Assembly: GCA_963746505.1 (NCBI GenBank)
Contig: CAVVBN010000014.1
Span: 72,823 to 136,822 of the forward strand
DNA length: 64,000 nucleotides
From: an uncultured delta proteobacterium
GTDB lineage: Bacteria; Desulfobacterota; Binatia; DP-6
Reading direction: 5' to 3'
A program made the translations under genes and the position numbers. Shown here in pieces: positions 10,031-19,555 of this stretch (position 1 is its first letter; each line of letters begins with the position of its first letter). The notes under the pieces were generated by a model. That model worked only from the letters and a program-made list of their open reading frames with translations. It did not search any database and was not told the DNA's origin.

Positions 10031-11167
10031 TCAGAGGAGACACGCTACCGCGGCAGCGGCACCGAGCCCCATCGCGCCCCCGACGTAGAACACCATCGCC
10101 GCGCCCACGTGATCCCAGAGCTGTCCGGCGACGAGCGACGCCACGAAGAGACCGACGCCGACGAGTGTCCCATGCAGCCCGAGCGCTGTCGCACGGACGT
10201 CCGCCGGGGCGAGGTCCGCGATCAGTGCCTTCTCCATCCCATCGGTGAGCCCGCTGTAGGCTCCGTAGAGGACGAACAGCGGCCAGAGCAGCCACGCCTG
10301 CGCACCACCGACGGTGGCGAAGCCGAGGTAGACGAGACCGTAGAACGCGTATCCCGCAACCAGCATATGCTTGCGTCCGATGCGATCCGACAGCCTGCCG
10401 GCTGGATAGGACACGGCCGCGTAGACGACGTTGTACGCGAGATAGAGCAGGACCGTCCCGGCGCCGGACATCCCGAGGTTCCCGGCCCGCAGCAGGAGGA
10501 ACGCGTTCGACGAGTTTCCGAGGGCGAAGGCGAGCGCGAGCAGCAGAAAGCGGCGGAGCCGCAGAGGGAGCGTGCGCCAGTCGAACGACAAGGCCGATCC
10601 GGCCGGCCCCGCCCCCGGTGTCTCGCGGACGAGGAAGAGGAACCCAATGCCGATCGCCGCCGGAATGAGGGACCAACGAAAGACGGTGACGTAGTCACTG
10701 CGGAGCTGAGCGAGGAAGGCGTAGGCGAGCAGCACCCCGATCACGGCGCCGGAGCTGTCGAGCGCCCGATGGAGACCGAAGGCTGCCCCGTGGCGTCCGT
10801 CGGCGACGCTGTCGGCGACCAGCGCGTCCCGCGGCGCGGTCCGTATGCCCTTTCCGAGGCGATCACCGACGCGACCGAGGAGCACGGTGCCCCAGCTGGT
10901 GGCCGCCGCGAGGAGCACCTTCCCCATCCCCGAGAGCGTGTAGCCGAGGATCGTGGGCCATTTCCGATTGCCGACGCGGTCCGACAGATAGCCGGAGAAC
11001 ACCTTCAGCAGGCTCGCCGTGCTCTCCGCCAGCCCCTCGACGAGGCCGAGTACGGCCGGGCTTGCGCCGAGCGACGCGGTCAGGAAGAGCGGGACGAGCG
11101 GGTAGACCATCTCGCTCGCCACGTCGGTGAAGAACGATGCGAGGCCGAGGACAATGATGTTTCTCAT
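10031..11167 (-). CDS. MFS transporter
   Basis: 12 predicted TM helices and the MFS signature GxLSDRxGxRK (GYLSDRVGNRK). ATG at 11167. Confidence 0.85.
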   Translation of the reverse strand: MRNIIVLGLASFFTDVASEMVYPLVPLFLTASLGASPAVLGLVEGLAESTASLLKVFSGYLSDRVGNRKWPTILGYTLSGMGKVLLAAATSWGTVLLGRVGDRLGKGIRTAPRDALVADSVADGRHGAAFGLHRALDSSGAVIGVLLAYAFLAQLRSDYVTVFRWSLIPAAIGIGFLFLVRETPGAGPAGSALSFDWRTLPLRLRRFLLLALAFALGNSSNAFLLLRAGNLGMSGAGTVLLYLAYNVVYAAVSYPAGRLSDRIGRKHMLVAGYAFYGLVYLGFATVGGAQAWLLWPLFVLYGAYSGLTDGMEKALIADLAPADVRATALGLHGTLVGVGLFVASLVAGQLWDHVGAAMVFYVGGAMGLGAAAAVACLL

Positions 11168-11203
11168 TGCTGGACCGCGGCCACGAACCCGGAGGAGGCT
11201 CGA

Positions 11204-11725
11204 ATGAAGCGAACATGCGCAGTCCTGGGTACGGCATTCGTCACGGCCATCACCGCCCTGGCAGCCCCGGCCTCCAACGACATCGACAAGTTCTTCCGCG
11301 TGGATGCACAGGTCTGCACGGGTGGGCAGCCGACGCGCGAGCAGCTAGCGGCACTGAAGGCGGAAGGTATTCGCGGCATCATCAACCTGCGCGAACCGGA
11401 GGAGCACAGCATCGCGGACGAGGCGGCGGTCGCGAAGACCCTGGACCTTCAATACATCAGCATCCCGGTCAAGACGGCCGCCCCGAGGGACGAGCAGGTC
11501 GAAGCCTTCCTCAAGGCGACCAGCGATCCGAATGTCTTCCCGCTCTTCATCCACTGCGCCTCGGGGAACCGCGTCGGGGCGTTCTGAATGATTCGCCGCG
11601 TCCTGGTGGACGGGTGGACGCCGGAGCGAGCCGAGGAGGAGGCGAGGCAAATCGGCATGAGGAGTCCCAACCTCCTCGACTTTGCGCTCGACTACATCCG
11701 CCGACACCCGAGGAAGGAGCCGTGA
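11204..11725 (+). CDS. DUF442/TIGR01244-like putative phosphatase, interrupted by an in-frame TGA at 11585-11587 (pseudogene or recoding candidate)
   Basis: Signal peptide and an HCASGNRVGAF CX5R-type motif. The ORF stops at TGA 11585-11587, but the next codon onward in the same frame (MIRRVLVDGWTPERAEEEARQIGMRSPNLLDFALDYIRRHP, to 11725) reads like the family C-terminus. Confidence 0.55.
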
Positions 11726-11739
11726 TTCGAGCGACGACT

Positions 11740-12555
11740 CTAGAGGGAGACCGTCACCCGCAAGAACGTCGCGGGGATCGACGTACTGCGGTCGCTTCCT
11801 TCGTTCTGTGTCTTCGCCAGTTCCACGAGCTGCCCGTGGAGCTCCGTCACCTTCCCGCTCTTTTGAGCCGCCTCGAAGGCGTTCATGGTCGGGCCGTAGA
11901 AGCGGCTGAAGAGATCGATGAACTGCGCTGGGCCAATGTCGGGGGACACGAAGGTGTACGTGTCCTTGGCCATCGATATCCTCTCCGGGGGCACCCCGGC
12001 CTGACCGAAGCGTTCGATGATGTGGGTCTCCACGCCCCACGTCATCGGGCTGACGAAACCCTCTGGAGGTGGAGGCGTGAACGACGAGCTGATCTTCAGA
12101 AGCTGCGAGACGAAGGACGTCGGATCGTTTGGAATCCAGTTGCCCATCACGATGCGCCCCCCTGACCTCGTCACCCGGACCATCTCCTTCGCGACGTCGA
12201 AGGGCTTGGGGGCGAACATCGCGCCGAAGATGGAGAGCGTCAGATCGAACGAACGGTCGTCGACCGCCTGCAGGCTGCACGCATCGCCCTCCTGGAACGT
12301 CAGGCGGTGGAGACCCGCTTCCGCAGCCCGCCTGTTCCCCGCTTCGACGAGGTTCCTGGCAATGTCGACTCCAACGACGTCGGCCCCGAGACGCGCGAGA
12401 GGAATCGCGGTGGTGCCATCTCCGCAGCCGAGGTCCAGGGCCCGCAGCGGCGTCGTGATCCCGAGGGACTTCACGAGTGCCTCCCCGGATTGACGCATGA
12501 AGGCTGCGATCTCGGTGAAGTCGCCCTTCTCCCACAGTGCCTTGTTCGGATTCAC
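11740..12555 (-). CDS. Class I SAM-dependent methyltransferase
   Basis: Motif I ALDLGCGDGTTAIPLARLG and motif post-I DVVGVDIA. GTG at 12555 has a GGAGGGAG RBS. Confidence 0.8.
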   Translation of the reverse strand: MNPNKALWEKGDFTEIAAFMRQSGEALVKSLGITTPLRALDLGCGDGTTAIPLARLGADVVGVDIARNLVEAGNRRAAEAGLHRLTFQEGDACSLQAVDDRSFDLTLSIFGAMFAPKPFDVAKEMVRVTRSGGRIVMGNWIPNDPTSFVSQLLKISSSFTPPPPEGFVSPMTWGVETHIIERFGQAGVPPERISMAKDTYTFVSPDIGPAQFIDLFSRFYGPTMNAFEAAQKSGKVTELHGQLVELAKTQNEGSDRSTSIPATFLRVTVSL

Positions 12556-12834
12556 AATGACTCCCTCCGACGATGGTCGCCTCACTCGCAGGCGAACGTA
12601 TTCCCCTTCTGTCGGACCTTGCAACCGTGCGGCGGCGTCGCGAAGTCGATCGCCGCGCAGGTGCCGTCGGCCGGGAACGTGACGCCCACGGTCCCGGGTC
12701 CCGTTGCAGGCATAGGTCGCCGTGTCGGCCCTCGAGGAGCCCTCGGAGTGCGTCGTTGGGGGTGGACCCAGAGGTGAATTCCCCTTGACCGCTCCGCCGC
12801 TTCGGTCAACAGTCGGGCAACTCGGGAGGCCGTC

Positions 12835-14490
12835 ATGCTCAGGCACCTGGTCGCCGCTTCGCTGGCTCTGCTCCTGCACGACGCAGCCCTTGCGAAGAGC
12901 GGGGAACGCACTCGCTGTCCGGGCGGGAAGTTCATGGCCGAGGCGCCGCTGGTCGCGGGAGACACCGCGACCGAAGCAGGCGCGGTCGTGGTCATCGGTG
13001 GGCAGATCACCGTCGGGGGCAGCTGCGCAGCGACCGCGGCCGCCGTCACCCCCACGAAGCACGGCACGATCGTGCGCGCCCGCTGGGAGTCGTGCCGCGG
13101 CGTCACTGGAAGAGTACGCCTCCGAGCCGTGATCCGCAGCGGCTGCTCCACACTGGTCGGCGTGATCCGCGCGCGGCACCAGCGTCGACATTTCGCCGCC
13201 AATCGTCAGCCCGAGTGCGGCAACGGCGTCCGCGAGGGGCGGGAGCCGTGCGACGGCGGTAGCTGCTGTACCACGGATTGTCGGGCAGCAACCGACCCGA
13301 GCTGCCCGGGCGGTGAGACATGCACCGCCGACGCGGACTGCGGAGTGGGTACGTTCTGCTCCCGTCCCGCGGGGCAGTGCGAGGGCGCGGGCGTCTGCCA
13401 GTCGACGCACGTGTTCTGCACGGCCGTCGCCGAGCCGGTCTGCGGCTGCGACGGGCACACATACTCGAGCGCCTGTGCCGCGGAGCAGCACGGGGTGAAC
13501 GTCGCGTCGCCCGGTGAGTGCGGCGCCGAGCAGTGTGGCACGATCGCGGGCATCGCCTGTGGCGACGGCCAGTTCTGCGAGCAGCGGCCGGGCGAGTGTC
13601 ATGTGGCCGACGCCGCCGGCAGCTGCGTCGACGTCCCCGCGACGTGCCTCGGCATCCTCGACCCGGTCTGCGGTTGCGACGGCAACACGTACGTCAACGA
13701 CTGCTATCGCCTGCAGGCCAGGGTCGAGAAGGCACACGATGGCCACTGCGGTCATTGCCTCGACGTGCTGTGTACGCCTGGCACCAAGCCTGTCGACACC
13801 GACGGCGACGACTGCCCCGACCGGTGCTTCGGCGAGTGCGATCGGGACTGCGACTGCTCCCGGACGGGCGGTCCCCTTCCCCTCCCGTGCCCGATGGCCT
13901 GCACGACGACGGGCCCGTGCGGCGGCTTCTGGCGGTGCGAGGACCACGTCTGCGTCCCGAAGTGCGGTGCGATCCCGAACGACACCTGCCAGCCCCCTCC
14001 ACCCCCCGACTGCACCACCAACGCCGACTGCGAGAAGGATTCGGCGGGCGCTGCGTTCTGCGATGGGCCGCCGGGCCAGTGCGACGGGCGGGGCGTCTGT
14101 GCGCCCCGGTCCGTAGTCTGCCCCGAAATCTACGCGCCGGTGTGCGGCTGCGACGGCGAGACGTACGGCAATGCCTGCGAAGCCGCCGGGCACGGCGTCC
14201 GCGTCGCGCACGAGGGGGCATGCCACTGCGCGCCGCCACCCTGCGCAGCCGTTCTGCGGCCCGTCGACACCGACGGCGACGGCTGTCCGGACACCTGCCG
14301 CCGTCCCTGCGACACGGCCTGCGACTGCGGCCCGATCCCGGTGGCGAACAAGGCCGACGTCTGCCCGCTGGCCGCGCTCTGTCCATCGCCGTTCTGCGGC
14401 AGCTTCTGGACGTGCGAGGAGGGCTTCTGCCAGGACCACTGCGGCGTCGTGCCGCCCGGAACCGATATCTGCCACCCCTCGGAGGACTGA
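12835..14490 (+). CDS. Secreted cysteine-rich protein with three Kazal-type serine protease inhibitor domains
   Basis: Signal peptide and three copies of PVCGCDG-x-TY-x-(N/S)-x-C-x10-17-C (Kazal), each preceded by a Cys-knot module. Two copies of a PVDTDGD-x-CPD-x-C...CGGFW-x-CE module. ATG at 12835 has a GGGAGG RBS. Confidence 0.8.
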   Translation: MLRHLVAASLALLLHDAALAKSGERTRCPGGKFMAEAPLVAGDTATEAGAVVVIGGQITVGGSCAATAAAVTPTKHGTIVRARWESCRGVTGRVRLRAVIRSGCSTLVGVIRARHQRRHFAANRQPECGNGVREGREPCDGGSCCTTDCRAATDPSCPGGETCTADADCGVGTFCSRPAGQCEGAGVCQSTHVFCTAVAEPVCGCDGHTYSSACAAEQHGVNVASPGECGAEQCGTIAGIACGDGQFCEQRPGECHVADAAGSCVDVPATCLGILDPVCGCDGNTYVNDCYRLQARVEKAHDGHCGHCLDVLCTPGTKPVDTDGDDCPDRCFGECDRDCDCSRTGGPLPLPCPMACTTTGPCGGFWRCEDHVCVPKCGAIPNDTCQPPPPPDCTTNADCEKDSAGAAFCDGPPGQCDGRGVCAPRSVVCPEIYAPVCGCDGETYGNACEAAGHGVRVAHEGACHCAPPPCAAVLRPVDTDGDGCPDTCRRPCDTACDCGPIPVANKADVCPLAALCPSPFCGSFWTCEEGFCQDHCGVVPPGTDICHPSED

Positions 14491-14503
14491 AGCGTACCCG
14501 CCG

Positions 14504-15943
14504 TCAGGCGTGCAGAGGGGGCCGGCGTCCGCCCCATGGCGCCGCGGTCTCGAGCTGCGCGGCGATGCCCAACAGCAGGTCTTCGCGGGCGAACGGCGCG
14601 ACCAGCTGCACGCCGATCGGCAGCCCGTCGGCGGTCCAGTGCAGCGGCAGCGAGATGGCCGGCTGCCCCGACATGTTGAATGGCAGCGTGCATACCCCGT
14701 AGGGCGCCGAGCGCAGGAAGGCCAGCAACGGTTCCTCCGGCGTGGAGCGGAGAAAGCCTAGCGGCGGCGGCGGCGCGGCCTGCGTCGGCGTGACGAGCAG
14801 GTCGAACCCACCTTCCCACCACGCGGCGAGGCGGCGTCCGAACGCATGCACGGCCTCGATCGTGGCGAGCAGCTCCGTGGCGGTGGCAGCACGTCCGCGC
14901 TCGACCAGCGCCCAGGTGAGCGGCTCCAGCTCGTCCCGCTCGGGTATCCGTCCGACCTTCTGCGTCCACGCTTCGACCGCGCGGGCTGTGTTGATCGCCA
15001 CGATGCTGACGTAAGTGAGCACGTGCTCGGGTTCATCGAGCGCGGTGGGCCACGAGTCCTCCACGTGATGCCCCAGATCGGCGAGCAGACGCGCGGCGCG
15101 GTCGACGGCGGCCAGGCACTCGGGGTGCGTTTCGATCCCGCGCGGTGCGCCGCGCAGGACACCGATCCGCAGCGACGACGGCCGGACGGCGGCGGTCGCG
15201 AAGGGACGGGCGGGAGGCGGCGCGACGTAGGGATCGCCCGGCATTGCGCCCGCGGTGACGTCGAGCAGCGCGGCCGCGTCGCGCACGCTGCGGGTGACGA
15301 CGAACTCCGCCGACAGGCCGCTCCAGCGCTCGCCCAGCCCGGGGCCGAACGAGTTGCGCCCGCGCGTCGGCTTGAGCCCGACCAGGCCGCACATGCTCGC
15401 TGGCCCGCGGATCGAACCTCCCCCGTCACTGGCGTGCGCCACCGGCACGATCCCCGCCGCCACCGCGGCCGCGGCTCCGCCGCTCGATCCGCCCGCGCTG
15501 TGACCGATGTTCCACGGATTGCGCGTCGCGCCGAAGGCATCGGGCTCGGTGGTCGGCAGGAGCGCCAGCTCCGGCGTGTTGGTACGCCCGAGCGAAACCA
15601 ATCCGGCGGCCTTGAAGCGCCGCGTGAGCCAGGCATCCTCGGGCTCGACCCAGCCGGCGTTGCGCAAGAAGCGCATACCGCAGCAGTAGGGCCGGCCGGC
15701 CTCAGCACCGCCGATGTCCTTCATCAGGAACGGGACGCCGCGGAATGGGCCGTGCGGCAGATCGGGGGCCGCGGCGGCGGCGCGGGCGAGTTCGAGCGCA
15801 GGGTGAATGACCGCGTGCAGCGTAGGATCGAGACGTTCCAGGCGAACGATCGCGGCGTCGACCAGCTCGCGCGGCGACAGCGCGCGGCGCTGCACGAGCT
15901 CGGCCTGGGCGGTGGCGTCGAGGGTGGCGAGTTCGTCGGTCAT
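14504..15943 (-). CDS. Amidase (amidase-signature family)
   Basis: [14 protein letters not shown] and [11 protein letters not shown] amidase signature motifs. Alternative start at 15961. Confidence 0.9.
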   Translation of the reverse strand: MTDELATLDATAQAELVQRRALSPRELVDAAIVRLERLDPTLHAVIHPALELARAAAAAPDLPHGPFRGVPFLMKDIGGAEAGRPYCCGMRFLRNAGWVEPEDAWLTRRFKAAGLVSLGRTNTPELALLPTTEPDAFGATRNPWNIGHSAGGSSGGAAAAVAAGIVPVAHASDGGGSIRGPASMCGLVGLKPTRGRNSFGPGLGERWSGLSAEFVVTRSVRDAAALLDVTAGAMPGDPYVAPPPARPFATAAVRPSSLRIGVLRGAPRGIETHPECLAAVDRAARLLADLGHHVEDSWPTALDEPEHVLTYVSIVAINTARAVEAWTQKVGRIPERDELEPLTWALVERGRAATATELLATIEAVHAFGRRLAAWWEGGFDLLVTPTQAAPPPPLGFLRSTPEEPLLAFLRSAPYGVCTLPFNMSGQPAISLPLHWTADGLPIGVQLVAPFAREDLLLGIAAQLETAAPWGGRRPPLHA

Positions 15944-16117
15944 GACCGCGGGTGTTACCACACTTCAGCCGAGGGGAATGCCGGCCAGCAAGGCGACATC
16001 CATCGGTATCGGATCAACTCGACATTGCACGCTCCCCTTCTCGTGGGATTGCCGTGATCCAAGGTGGCTGACGGTGAGAGCCGGCCGTGCCGCGAATCGC
16101 TTCTGTCGCCCGGTGGG

Positions 16118-16402
16118 TTACTGCACGCCGTAGCCACGGCCGGACATGCACGCGCTGAATATCTGTGCCCAGCTGTCGCTCGACGTGGCGTTCGCCGACG
16201 CGGTGTTCTGGCACTGACCCGTGTCCCTGTTCTGCTGCGCCTGGCTCTGCCGGCGCTGCGGATAGACGGTGAGCGCCCGTGGTGGGGGCGCCGGGAGCGG
16301 GGCCGGGGCCGGCTGCGCGCAGCCTGCCGCAGCGACGAGGCTGGCGATGAGCACGGCGGCCGCGCCGGATACCGACAAGGAACGGGGAAACAGAGTTCGC
16401 AT
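16118..16402 (-). CDS. Small lipoprotein (hypothetical)
   Basis: Signal peptide with lipobox LVAAAGC. 94 aa, Gln/Ser-rich. Confidence 0.5.
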   Translation of the reverse strand: MRTLFPRSLSVSGAAAVLIASLVAAAGCAQPAPAPLPAPPPRALTVYPQRRQSQAQQNRDTGQCQNTASANATSSDSWAQIFSACMSGRGYGVQ

Positions 16403-16484
16403 CTGGTCTGGGCCCTCCCGCGTCGCCGCTAGCATGGTCCTCTCGACCGAGCCAGCCGTCCCGACCCCGCCGAACGCCCCAATC

Positions 16485-17277
16485 TCATCGCAGGGGACGC
16501 GGGAGCGCGCCGACGGCGGCGAGTATCTCGGTGGGAAGGGGGCGGACGCGGAAGTTGGAGGTGACGTGGGTCCAGCGGACGACGCCGTCGGCGTCGATCA
16601 GCACGGATGCCGAGAGCGCGATGTCCCGACCCTCATGTCCGCCCGTGTGCCTCAGGCCGTAGGCATCGATCGTGCCGAGGTCGGGATCGGAGAGGATCGG
16701 GAACTCGAGCCCGGCGTCGCGCGACAGCTCGGCGTTGGTCTCGACCGGATCGACAACCATCCCGACGACGCGACATCTCAGGCGTCGGAATTCGCTCATG
16801 CTCAGCTGCAGACCCTGCAGCTCCGACACGCAGAAGGGTCACCAGTGGCCACGGTAGAAGACCAGCAGGACGGGTGCGCCGCGCAGGTCGGCAAGCCGCA
16901 CGGCCCTGCCCTTCTGGTCGAGCAGCGCGAAGTCGGGCGCCAGTGCTCCGATCGCCGGGCCGGAGGCGCGCGGGACGACGGGAACGACGTAGAGCATCGT
17001 GGCGAACAAGACGGCGAGCGCGACGTCAGCACCCAGCAGCACCTTCGCCGTCCGACCACCCGGCTCCCGGCGGACCGCGACGATCGCCAGTGCTACCCCG
17101 GCGGCGACGAGGATCCAGTTCGGCACCGCGTCGTTGCGCACCCATGGCAGCCACGACGCCAGGCGGAAGACGACGACGAAGTAGCCGACGATGCCGGCGA
17201 GAACCAGCAACAGGCCGGTGAACGCGAGGCCGCGTCCCCCGCGCGGATGGCTCACGGCGGCGGCCTCGGTCGACATG
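16485..17277 (-). CDS. Membrane-anchored TlpA/peroxiredoxin-like thiol-disulfide oxidoreductase, selenoprotein candidate (Sec encoded by TGA at 16841-16839)
   Basis: Two same-frame ORFs (17378-16839 and 16829-16485) are separated only by TGA. Read through, they give ...LLVFYRGHW-U-PFCVSELQ..., a thioredoxin-fold W-C-x-x-C motif with the first Cys replaced by UGA. Two N-terminal TM helices and a redoxin fold follow (FPILSDPDLGTIDAYGL). Confidence 0.7.
16804..16822 (-). promoter_or_regulatory. Bacterial SECIS-like hairpin downstream of the UGA
   Basis: mRNA AGCUGCAG-GGU-CUGCAGCU gives a perfect 8-bp stem with a GGU apical loop. The stem starts 18 nt 3' of the UGA, with the loop at about +25, inside the bSECIS distance window. 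Confidence 0.55.
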
Positions 17278-17564
17278 CCGCGCACCCTACTGCCGAGCGC
17301 TGCGGCGGACAAACGCCAGCAGCCTGATCGCTGCCGGCGTAGGCTCTGCGAAACGGCCGCGACACGCATCGCCGACACGGTTGTTGCGGCCGCACAGTTC
17401 GAATACGAGAGGCTGCAGGTCGTTTTGCCAACGCGAGACCCGAAGGCCGACCGCGGTCACCTCTCGATCTCTCGTGCAGCATCTTCCACCGGATCGCTGG
17501 CGAGACGCAGGGACCGGTCAGCTGTCCCGACTGGACCGGAGCTTTGGCCACCAAACGAACCGAA

Positions 17565-18533
17565 ATGGCGTCGATCGATGAGCGGCTCCTCCAGAAACTG
17601 GAGCAGCGCCTCGGACGGCTGCACGCCAGGCAACGCCTCGGCGTGGAGCGCGACCATGAGGCGTACATCTTCGGCGGCGGCCTGAATTTCTTCCACATCG
17701 AGAACTGGTACTCGGTCCAGTCCCTCATTCGAAACACGCTGAGGCTCAGCGGCCTCTATTGGCGCGGGCTGAGGAATGCGGAACGCTTCGACGTGCGGCA
17801 CAACAGTATCCGCCGCGCCGATCTGCCTTCGGCGTTCGAAGGCCTCACGATTCTTCATCTCAGCGACCTGCACGCCGACATGAACCCGGCCGCGATGCGG
17901 CGGCTCACCGACGCGGTGGCCGGGCTGTCTTACGACGTCTGCGTGCTGACGGGTGACTTCAGGGGGCAGACTGCAGGTCCGCATCAGCCTGCGCTCGAAG
18001 GGCTCGAGCAGGTGGTTCGGAGTCTTCACGATCCCGTGTATGGCGTGCTGGGGAATCACGACACGGTCCTCATGGTTCCCGCGATGGAGGCGATGGGCAT
18101 TCGCATGCTTCTCAACGAGTCGGTCGTCATCGATCGCGGCGGCCAGCACCTTCACCTGGCAGGCATCGACGACGCCCACTACTATCGGGTGGACAACATC
18201 GAAAAGGCCGCATCCGACATTCCGCACGACGAGTTCTCGATACTGCTCTCGCATACCCCGGAGATCTATCGACAGGCGGCCCATGCCGATTTCCGCGTCC
18301 TCCTGAGCGGACACACCCACGGCGGGCAGATATGCCTTCCGGGCTCGATTCCGCTGACGCTCGATTCCCGGCTTCCCAGGCGGTTGGGATCGGGCGCGTG
18401 GAGGTATCACGGGATGGACGGCTACACGTCGGTTGGCGTCGGCTCGTCAATCGTCCCGGTGCGGTTCAACTGCCGCCCTGAGATCACGCTGCATCATCTG
18501 ACGCGAGAAGGGGGCGACCTTCGTCCCCGCTAG
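17565..18533 (+). CDS. Metallophosphoesterase (calcineurin-like, YkuE-type)
   Basis: Motifs ILHLSDLHAD, VLTGDF, GNHD, GHTHGG. Alternative TTG start at 17544. Confidence 0.85.
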   Translation: MASIDERLLQKLEQRLGRLHARQRLGVERDHEAYIFGGGLNFFHIENWYSVQSLIRNTLRLSGLYWRGLRNAERFDVRHNSIRRADLPSAFEGLTILHLSDLHADMNPAAMRRLTDAVAGLSYDVCVLTGDFRGQTAGPHQPALEGLEQVVRSLHDPVYGVLGNHDTVLMVPAMEAMGIRMLLNESVVIDRGGQHLHLAGIDDAHYYRVDNIEKAASDIPHDEFSILLSHTPEIYRQAAHADFRVLLSGHTHGGQICLPGSIPLTLDSRLPRRLGSGAWRYHGMDGYTSVGVGSSIVPVRFNCRPEITLHHLTREGGDLRPR

Positions 18534-19012
18534 TACGGCCGTTCGCGGACGTGCCACCGATAGAGCAGTCGTGAGATGAGCACTTCGCCGACGAAGAATG
18601 CCGCGACGATCGTCATGGCGTCGGCCGGGCCGAAGGCGAGCGTGTTGCGACAAGCCAGCACCGGCAGAAGCGATTCGGGAACCTGATCGAGCCCGGAGGC
18701 TCTGCTGCTCGGCGCCAGCTTGAGTCGGCGCTTGACGAAGCTCGAGAGCAGGTCGCCTGCCATCGCTGCGCTCGCGACGACCACGCCAGTTCGCGCGCCA
18801 AGGCCGACGAGCGATCCGCACAGCGCAGTTGCGGCGACCGACAGCACGAAGCCGCGAACCGTCTTCGACGATCCAAACAACGGCTGACCGTCGAGGAATC
18901 GCACCCCGCCGTCGATCGGATAGGCCAACCTATCGCCGAGGATCGTCTTCGCGATGACCGGCGTGCCGTTGGCAACGGTCAGCAGACTCAGGAATCGCAG
19001 GATCGGCCCCAC
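18530..19012 (-). CDS. CDP-archaeol synthase-like (CarS/DUF46) family membrane protein
   Basis: Motif DGGVRFLDGQPLFGSSKTVRGF matches the CarS-like family consensus (DGG..F.DG.P.FG..KT.RG). 4 TM helices. The stop overlaps the upstream convergent gene. Confidence 0.6.
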   Translation of the reverse strand: MGPILRFLSLLTVANGTPVIAKTILGDRLAYPIDGGVRFLDGQPLFGSSKTVRGFVLSVAATALCGSLVGLGARTGVVVASAAMAGDLLSSFVKRRLKLAPSSRASGLDQVPESLLPVLACRNTLAFGPADAMTIVAAFFVGEVLISRLLYRWHVRERPY

Positions 19013-19020
19013 CGGGCCGC

Positions 19021-19542
19021 TCAGGCGCGGTGAACTTCGATGTGCGGCGGTGGCTTGCTGAACGCCGGGGCGGTGGCCGTGAGCGCCGCGAGCGCCGCAG
19101 CGCGGTCGGCGGCGGTGAACGCCCCGGTCGTCAGGCAGAACTCTACCAGGTTGTCGTTGGGATCCTTGGTGTAGATCGAGTGGCACCAGCCATGGTCGAT
19201 CTCGAGGACGTTGCGACCTGCCGCGAGCCAGCGTGCCTTTCGGCGGGCGAGCTCGTCCGCGGTCGGAACCGCGAAGGCGATGTGGTTGATGAAGTCCGGC
19301 ACGCCGGCGGCGCGGGAGAGGTTCGTCTCGAGGTGCGCCGCGCCGGGCACGTCGTGCAGCTCCCAGAAGGCGATGAACCGCGAGTCGTCGCCGTCCATTC
19401 GGTAGAAGAAGTGCTTCGCCCAGCCACCCTCGGGCACGGGGGCGACCTCGACCTTCACCAGCTCGAATCCCATCACTTCCTCGTAGAAGTGATGGATGGC
19501 AGCCATGTCGCGCGCCGCGAGCGCGAGATGATGGTAACCCAT
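19021..19542 (-). CDS. VOC/glyoxalase family protein
   Basis: Glyoxalase-like beta-alpha-beta-beta-beta modules (HHLALAARD..., HIAFAV). Confidence 0.8.
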   Translation of the reverse strand: MGYHHLALAARDMAAIHHFYEEVMGFELVKVEVAPVPEGGWAKHFFYRMDGDDSRFIAFWELHDVPGAAHLETNLSRAAGVPDFINHIAFAVPTADELARRKARWLAAGRNVLEIDHGWCHSIYTKDPNDNLVEFCLTTGAFTAADRAAALAALTATAPAFSKPPPHIEVHRA

Positions 19543-19555
19543 CTGCAGTCTCCTC

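Noticed and set aside
7443-10088. 881-aa plus-strand ORF, the longest in the track
   Set aside because: Gly/Arg/Asp-rich low-complexity translation typical of a non-coding frame in 70% GC DNA. It overlaps two well-supported minus-strand genes (alpha/beta hydrolase 7725-8855 and alcohol dehydrogenase 8898-9950).
9887-11203. N-terminal 440 codons of ORF 9887-11587
   Set aside because: Antisense to the MFS transporter and ADH genes. Only the 3' part from ATG 11204 (signal peptide onward) is a plausible DUF442 protein.
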